From positions 1-31,520 of the IMG/VR virus record IMGVR_UViG_3300042448_001346: a DNA stretch of 31,520 nt; one strand, written 5' to 3'. The notes beneath the pieces are model-generated. The model saw only the letters and a program-made list of their open reading frames with translations. It had not been told where the DNA came from and searched no databases. Positions 26,327-31,520 of this stretch are shown piece by piece; the first letter of the stretch is position 1; each line of letters starts with the position of its first letter. The position numbers and the translations under genes were made by a program. Source of the DNA: a virus (lineage: Duplodnaviria > Caudoviricetes).

Positions 26327-28066
26327 ATGGCAGATAAATCAATATTCGGTAGGTTACAAAAATTATTTTCAACAAACACCATTGTTCGTAAAACAAAAAA
26401 AGGTGTTAGAGTCATTGATACAGATGAATATCAATCAATGTCAACTAACCTTGTTGACCGTTTTATGAAAATGAAAACACCCGCATATAGTACTGGAATG
26501 CTTGAATCTGCAATGTCTTATCAACAAGTAAGAGCAGATTTATTCAGAGATTATGATTCAATGGATAACGACCCTATTTTATCTTCTGCTTTAAATATTT
26601 TTGCTGATGAATCAACTCCAAAGAATGAACATGGTGATGTATTAAGAATCAATTGTTCAAATGAAAATATTAAAAGTATTCTTCATAACTTATTCTATGA
26701 TATAATGAACATAGAATTTAACTTATGGCCTTGGGGTAGAAACTTAGTAAAATATGGCGATTTCTTTTTACAATTAGAAATTGCTCCAGAATTAGGTATT
26801 ATAAATATAGTACCAATGTCAGTATATGAAGTTAGTAGAGTTGAAGGATTTGATATGGAAAATCCACAAAGAGTAAAATTTGTTTATTCACCATATACCA
26901 ATCCATACGGAAGTACACAAGCTTCAAACAAAAAAGAATACGAAAATTATGAAGTAGCCCATTTCCGTTTATATTCGGATGCAAACTTCTTACCATATGG
27001 TAAATCAATGTTAGAAGGAGCTAGAAGAGTTTGGAAACAATTAACTCTTATGGAAGATGCGATGTTAATCCATCGTATTATGAGAGCTCCTGAAAAGAGA
27101 ATCTTTAAAATTGATGTAGGTAATATTCCACCAAATGAGGTAGATAATTACATGCAAAAAATTATAAACGCAAGTAAAAAGACTCCATTTGTTGATGCGG
27201 CTACTGGCGATTACAATTTGAAATATAATATGCAAAACCTTATTGAAGATTATTATATGCCAGTGCGTGGTAATGATAATGGTACTTCAATTGATACTCT
27301 AAAAGGTTTAGAATATAATATGGTGGATGACCTTAACTATTTAAAAAATAAGTTAATGGCTGCACTACATATTCCAAAAGCATATTTAGGATACGAAGAA
27401 GATATTAGTGGTAAAGCAACTCTTGCATCACAAGATGTTCGTTTTGCAAAAACAATAGAAAGAATTCAAAAAGTATTGGTATCTGAATTAACTAAGATAG
27501 CAATTGTTCACTTATATGCACAGGGATTAGATGATGCAGATGATTTAGATTTTTCTTTAGAATTAACAATCCCATCTAAAATTTATGAGCAAGAAAAAGT
27601 TGAATTATATACTTCAAAGGTAGCATTGATTCAGCAAATGCAACAAACTAAAATGTTTTCTAAAAAATGGATGTATGATACGGTAATGGATATGACTCCT
27701 GAAGAACAGGATGAATTAACATTAGATGTGTTGGATGATACTAAACAACAATTCCGTTTAACTTCTATTGAAACACAGGGTGTTGACCCTGCTAAACCAA
27801 CTGGTGCAGAAGGAGAGCCAACAAATGTTGAAGAAGAATTGGATAGATTAAAAACCGAATTGGAAACTGAAGGAGATGTTGGTAGACCAAAAGACCCGGT
27901 TAGATATGGTAAAGATGACCATCCATTAGGAAGAGACCCATTCGGTCAAAAATCTAATAAACAAAAAGAAGGTTCTGTCAAATATAAACCAAGAGAGAAT
28001 TACAAAGAAATTTTTAAGGATATGATGGGAAATAAAAAGACTATTTTGACAGAAGATTCTAAATAA
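26327..28066 (+). CDS. Portal protein (T4 gp20-like)
   Basis: YDSMDNDP, LMEDAMLIHRIMRAPEKRIFKIDVGNIP, EDYYMPVRG..GTSIDTLKG, ALHIPK; lies between terminase and prohead protease. Confidence 0.95.
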   Translation: MADKSIFGRLQKLFSTNTIVRKTKKGVRVIDTDEYQSMSTNLVDRFMKMKTPAYSTGMLESAMSYQQVRADLFRDYDSMDNDPILSSALNIFADESTPKNEHGDVLRINCSNENIKSILHNLFYDIMNIEFNLWPWGRNLVKYGDFFLQLEIAPELGIINIVPMSVYEVSRVEGFDMENPQRVKFVYSPYTNPYGSTQASNKKEYENYEVAHFRLYSDANFLPYGKSMLEGARRVWKQLTLMEDAMLIHRIMRAPEKRIFKIDVGNIPPNEVDNYMQKIINASKKTPFVDAATGDYNLKYNMQNLIEDYYMPVRGNDNGTSIDTLKGLEYNMVDDLNYLKNKLMAALHIPKAYLGYEEDISGKATLASQDVRFAKTIERIQKVLVSELTKIAIVHLYAQGLDDADDLDFSLELTIPSKIYEQEKVELYTSKVALIQQMQQTKMFSKKWMYDTVMDMTPEEQDELTLDVLDDTKQQFRLTSIETQGVDPAKPTGAEGEPTNVEEELDRLKTELETEGDVGRPKDPVRYGKDDHPLGRDPFGQKSNKQKEGSVKYKPRENYKEIFKDMMGNKKTILTEDSK

Positions 28067-28088
28067 ATTAATTAAAGTAATATAAAAA

Positions 28089-28098
28089 TATATTTATA
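28089..28098 (+). promoter_or_regulatory. TATATTTATA promoter-like motif
   Basis: 20 nt before ATG 28119; no -33 TTTG at the matching spacing. Confidence 0.55.
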
Positions 28099-28118
28099 TC
28101 AGAAAATTGTAGCAATTA

Positions 28119-28994
28119 ATGAAAACTATTAAACACTCAAAGTTTAAAAATACAGGATTTATTTTTGAATTATTGGTTAGACAAGTGACCTCAGAAATCA
28201 TGTCTGGCAAAATAAATTCTATCGCAGAAAAGATATTAAAAGAGCATTTTAATTCAAAAAAGGAATTATCCAAAGAATTAAAATTATATCAATATCTTAT
28301 TAATGAAAAATATAATTCAGAAAGTAAAGCTGAGAAATTCATTGATACAATATGCGAAGCTCGTAAAAGATTAGACGAGAAAAAACTTACAAAAGAGAAA
28401 TACATTCTTATTAAAGAAATTAAAGAAACTTATGGGTTAGATGAGTTTATTAAATCTCCTATTTCAAATTATAAAACATTAGCATCTATTTATAAAATAT
28501 TTGAAGTAACTACATCAGAGGAACAATACGAGCCAACTGATATAGTTTCATCTCGTTTTACTATTGCTGAAAATATTATTAATTCTTCGATTCAAAACAA
28601 AGATGTTAAAATCAAAGATGCTATAATGGAGCAATATAAAAAGCAAGATGATGATTTAAGAGCAATATCTTATAAATTGTTAATAGAGAATTTCAATAAA
28701 AAATATAAAAATTTATCTTTACAACAAAAAGGATTATTGAAGGAATATATCAATAATATGAATAATACTGGCAAATTAAAAGAATATGTATCAGTAGAAG
28801 TTCATACAATTGTTGAGGGATTAAAAGAAGTTGGTTCTAAAATTTCTGATAAAGTTACAAAAATTAAATTAGCAGAAACGATTTCAAACTTAAAGAAAGT
28901 TAAATCAGCTAAAGCTATTAAGGAATCGCATTTATCAGCTATGATGATGTCATACGAACTTTTAAAAGAATTAAAGGATGCCAGCACAAAGTAA
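28119..28994 (+). CDS. Hypothetical head-region protein (helical, K/E-rich; possible prohead core component)
   Basis: 291-aa ORF immediately after the portal gene; function inferred from position only. Confidence 0.6.
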   Translation: MKTIKHSKFKNTGFIFELLVRQVTSEIMSGKINSIAEKILKEHFNSKKELSKELKLYQYLINEKYNSESKAEKFIDTICEARKRLDEKKLTKEKYILIKEIKETYGLDEFIKSPISNYKTLASIYKIFEVTTSEEQYEPTDIVSSRFTIAENIINSSIQNKDVKIKDAIMEQYKKQDDDLRAISYKLLIENFNKKYKNLSLQQKGLLKEYINNMNNTGKLKEYVSVEVHTIVEGLKEVGSKISDKVTKIKLAETISNLKKVKSAKAIKESHLSAMMMSYELLKELKDASTK

Positions 28995-29745
28995 AGCACA
29001 ACAAAGATTTATGGGAATGGTTCATGCAACTCAAAAGGGTGATATGGATTCTCCATCTCCAGAAGTTTCAAAAGCTGCAGACTCGATGAGTGATAAAGAT
29101 GCTAAAGATTTCGCATCAACATCTCATAAGGGATTGCCTGATAAAATAAAAGAATTTATTCTTAGAGAAGCTAGAGGTGTTAAAACTATTACAAAAGAAT
29201 ATGGAGAAGTTGTAGACCAAATTCAAAAACATTTGGATTTATACAAACAAACAAAAGGAACTCCTGCTGAAAAGCAACACATCCAACAATTAAAGCAACT
29301 TAACAATAAGAAAAAAGCATTAGCAAACGAATTAGACCAAAAGGTTAGTGGTTTGTATAAAGATGCCGAATTGAAAGTTGATGAAATGAACACTACTGCA
29401 AATGTACAAGGATATGATTCTCCAAATGCATTTACTAAAAGAGGTGATGAAAAAACAAACGCTAAAAAACAAGCAGATTTGACTGGATATAGTGTAGTTA
29501 AAGAAAATCGTTGGTTAGAATTAAAAAAAGAAGATTCATCAGCTACATCCAAAATAGGTAAAGGTATTTCCAATATCAATAAGCAATTAGCAGAAATGGA
29601 AAGATTTCTTAATTGGTATGGTAAATTAAAAGCTGAAAATGGTGTAAGTAATGAACATTTTTGGAAAAGAACAAATAGTAATATTTATAAGATAAAGGAG
29701 CGACTCATTAAATTAGAACAACACATTCGCAAAATAGCAGAATAA
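28978..29745 (+). CDS. Multi-module head-region protein with N-terminal DUF3008-like module
   Basis: MPAQSKAQQRFMG...SMSDKDAKDFASTSHKGLP resembles DUF3008; later modules follow ILRE, KVDE and VVKE. Confidence 0.65.
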   Translation: MPAQSKAQQRFMGMVHATQKGDMDSPSPEVSKAADSMSDKDAKDFASTSHKGLPDKIKEFILREARGVKTITKEYGEVVDQIQKHLDLYKQTKGTPAEKQHIQQLKQLNNKKKALANELDQKVSGLYKDAELKVDEMNTTANVQGYDSPNAFTKRGDEKTNAKKQADLTGYSVVKENRWLELKKEDSSATSKIGKGISNINKQLAEMERFLNWYGKLKAENGVSNEHFWKRTNSNIYKIKERLIKLEQHIRKIAE

Positions 29746-30057
29746 ATGAAAATATCTCAATTAAAAGAACTTGTTAGGCAAGTAGTGAAAGAAGAAAACG
29801 ATTACCAACAATTATTTAAGCATATGCTTGATAAATGTGGTAAATCAATTACTGATATGTCTGATGATGAGAAGAAGAAATTCTTCAATGCCGTAGATAC
29901 TGCTTATAAAGCAAAATCTGAAGGTAAATTGAGAGGATATAATGAAAACTTACCTGGAAATCAGGAAAAGTTAGATACTGATAAGGATGGTGAGATTGAA
30001 GGTTCGGATTTAGCAGCATTAAGAGCTAAAAACGAATCGGTTAAAAAAAAAAGGTAA
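29746..30057 (+). CDS. Small head-region protein with EF-hand-like loop; ends at an A10 slippery run
   Basis: Leader MKISQLKELVRQVVKE; DTDKDGEIEGSD at 29974-30009; A10 at 30043-30052 just before TAA. Confidence 0.7.
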   Translation: MKISQLKELVRQVVKEENDYQQLFKHMLDKCGKSITDMSDDEKKKFFNAVDTAYKAKSEGKLRGYNENLPGNQEKLDTDKDGEIEGSDLAALRAKNESVKKKR

Positions 30058-30470
30058 ATGAAAATCTTGCGGTTGATATAATAGCCACTGTTGGTACTAT
30101 ATTAATTGCTAAGATTATTTTTTACTATATGATAGATTTGGCACAAAAAGGAATGAAATATTTCCAAGGTAACCAAAACTACAAAAAAGAGGTTAAACAA
30201 ATTTTAGATTCTATATCAAACGATAAGAAGACAATATCAGATATAGCTAAAATGGTTGACCCTAAAAAGGGAATTGATAATACAACTGTTGATAAAATTA
30301 TAAATTTACCATATGTAAAAACTCAAATAATAAAAATGAGTGATAAAACAAATGGTGAATTAAGTGAAACGGAATTAGAAAATCAATTAAAGACTATTAT
30401 ATTAAAGTCTTGGAATGATTCATCAATAACGGATAACGCTGTTGAAAAAGTTAAAAAGGATTTAAAATAA
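30045..30470 (+). CDS. Hypothetical protein; frame open upstream of the listed ATG (30129) back to the A10 run, probably the -1 extension of the preceding ORF
   Basis: Frame reads KKKVNE-NLAVDIIATVGTILIAKIIFYY-MIDLAQ... with no stop from 30045; includes a TM-like hydrophobic helix. Confidence 0.6.
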   Translation, partial: KKKVNENLAVDIIATVGTILIAKIIFYYMIDLAQKGMKYFQGNQNYKKEVKQILDSISNDKKTISDIAKMVDPKKGIDNTTVDKIINLPYVKTQIIKMSDKTNGELSETELENQLKTIILKSWNDSSITDNAVEKVKKDLK

Positions 30471-31060
30471 TGAATAAAGGATTATTAATAGAAACCCATT
30501 TGTTTGAAGCAAAACTTCAGCAAGAAGAAAATGGAACTTATTTAGTTAAGGGAATCCTACAAAGAGCAGGAGCCGCTAATCAAAATGGTAGAAGATATCC
30601 TAAAGAAATCTTAATAAGAGAATGTCAGAAATACGGACAACTCATTAAAGAAAGAAGAGCATTGGGTGAATTAGACCATCCAGATTCTCCCGTAATTAAT
30701 TTAAAGAATGTATCTCATAACATTAGAGAAATATATTGGGAGGGTGATGATGTGTGTGGTGTAGTAGAAATCTTATCAACTCCATCTGGCAATATTCTTA
30801 GAGAACTATTAAAAAATAATATTCGTTTAGGTATTTCATCAAGAGGGCTAGGTTCAGTTAAAGAATTGAATGATGGAACTGTAATGGTTCAGGAAGATTT
30901 TGAATTAGTAGGTTGGGATTTTGTTTCTAACCCATCAACACATGGAGCATTTATGGCACCTATGAATGAATCAAAGCATTGGAAGCAAGTAGCAGATGAG
31001 TGTGGTAAGTGGTGTAAGTCACAAGATTTAATGAGAGAAATTATAATAGAATTAAACTAA
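30470..31060 (+). CDS. Prohead core protease (T4 gp21-like)
   Basis: NQNGRRYP, ALGELDHP, NVSH, TPSGNIL, LGISSRGLGS and DFVSNPST. Confidence 0.95.
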   Translation: MNKGLLIETHLFEAKLQQEENGTYLVKGILQRAGAANQNGRRYPKEILIRECQKYGQLIKERRALGELDHPDSPVINLKNVSHNIREIYWEGDDVCGVVEILSTPSGNILRELLKNNIRLGISSRGLGSVKELNDGTVMVQEDFELVGWDFVSNPSTHGAFMAPMNESKHWKQVADECGKWCKSQDLMREIIIELN

Positions 31061-31065
31061 TAAAA

Positions 31066-31320
31066 ATGGCAAAGTTAATAAACTTAATACCAAAGAAAAA
31101 TATAGTAGTTAAAGAATCTATTGATGATATGGATGCAACACTTCCAACTCAAGTTGAAAGATTTTTAGATAAAGCTGTTAACGCTATAAAGGGATATAAT
31201 TTATCTAGAAAAAAAGAGCAATTGGTAATTGCAAAAATAATTGATGCATTAGGATTGGATAAACAACAATTGATGCAAGCAATTCAAAAGATTAAGAAAA
31301 ACGATATTTTAAAAAAATAG
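31066..31320 (+). CDS. Small hypothetical head-region protein
   Basis: 84 aa with leader MAKLINLIPKKNIVVKE. Confidence 0.65.
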   Translation: MAKLINLIPKKNIVVKESIDDMDATLPTQVERFLDKAVNAIKGYNLSRKKEQLVIAKIIDALGLDKQQLMQAIQKIKKNDILKK

Positions 31321-31323
31321 TAT

Positions 31324-31520
31324 ATGATACGCTTAAAAGACCTATTAAAGGAAGAAGAAGAACTTCAGCAGTTAACAACTGAATTGAAAAAACATTTCTT
31401 AGAAATAATTTCAACATACGGTCAACATAGAGAAGGTATGACTAGAAAATCTGATATCAGACAAGTTGCAGAAACTTTAGGTGGTATCGCAGATGCTGCA
31501 CAAGAATATACTTTAAGAGA
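31324..31520 (+). CDS. Hypothetical head-region protein (partial; not in the ORF track)
   Basis: ATG at 31324, reads MIRLKDLLKEEEELQQLTTELKKHFLEIISTYGQ... and is open to the window end. Confidence 0.7.
   Translation, partial: MIRLKDLLKEEEELQQLTTELKKHFLEIISTYGQHREGMTRKSDIRQVAETLGGIADAAQEYTLR

Noticed and set aside
261-29579. Numerous short minus-strand and alternate-frame ORFs in the track (e.g. 774-971, 2982-3440, 8287-8601, 15320-15628, 25244-25573, 29223-29579)
   Set aside because: They are shadows of long, motif-bearing plus-strand genes, with antisense-type composition (F/S/L-rich) and no motifs or promoters.
30058-30081. ATG right after the 103-aa ORF stop as the start of the next gene
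   Set aside because: It reads MKILRLI-stop in the wrong frame for the downstream ORF.
31308-31320. TTT-A7-TAG at the end of the 84-aa ORF as another frameshift site
   Set aside because: The run is shorter, and the next gene has its own ATG with a leader in the same frame, so no shift is needed.
1-31520. CRISPR array, tRNA/rRNA genes, IS elements, diversity-generating retroelement
   Set aside because: No spaced direct repeats, cloverleaf-like sequence, transposase, reverse transcriptase or TR/VR pair seen by eye; intergenic gaps are too short.
1-31520. Stop-codon reassignment
   Set aside because: Genes are full length under code 11, and TAA, TGA and TAG all appear as plausible terminators.

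Overview
AT-rich, densely coding segment of a large tailed dsDNA phage with a T4-like head/packaging module, standard genetic code and almost all genes on the + strand. The host is probably Bacteroidota, judged from TTTG-N20-TAnnTTTG promoters and A-rich, mostly SD-less starts. Gene order: T7 endonuclease I-like resolvase, primase, fused Mre11-Rad50 (gp47-gp46-like) nuclease-ATPase, small divergent RHH-like regulator, 2034-aa tail fibre with a C-terminal S74 chaperone, 1628-aa virion protein with a C-terminal Hint domain, a probable inactive Hint paralog, a GT7 glycosyltransferase with an inserted LamG domain, a 1454-aa multi-enzyme protein, two unknowns, terminase large subunit, a 346-aa multi-module protein, portal, several head-region proteins and the prohead protease. 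The most striking signal is that many head-region proteins are beads-on-a-string polyproteins whose modules are separated by hydrophobic-x-Glu (often [LFYV]NE) motifs resembling T4 gp21 cleavage sites. The cargo includes an HxGH nucleotidyltransferase, an HExxH peptidase, a KxDG ligase-like domain and a Gly-zipper segment. Two junctions share the DNA cassette A10-NN-TAAATGAA, which looks like a slippage switch setting how many modules are made. All family assignments come from motif recognition by eye, not database searches.
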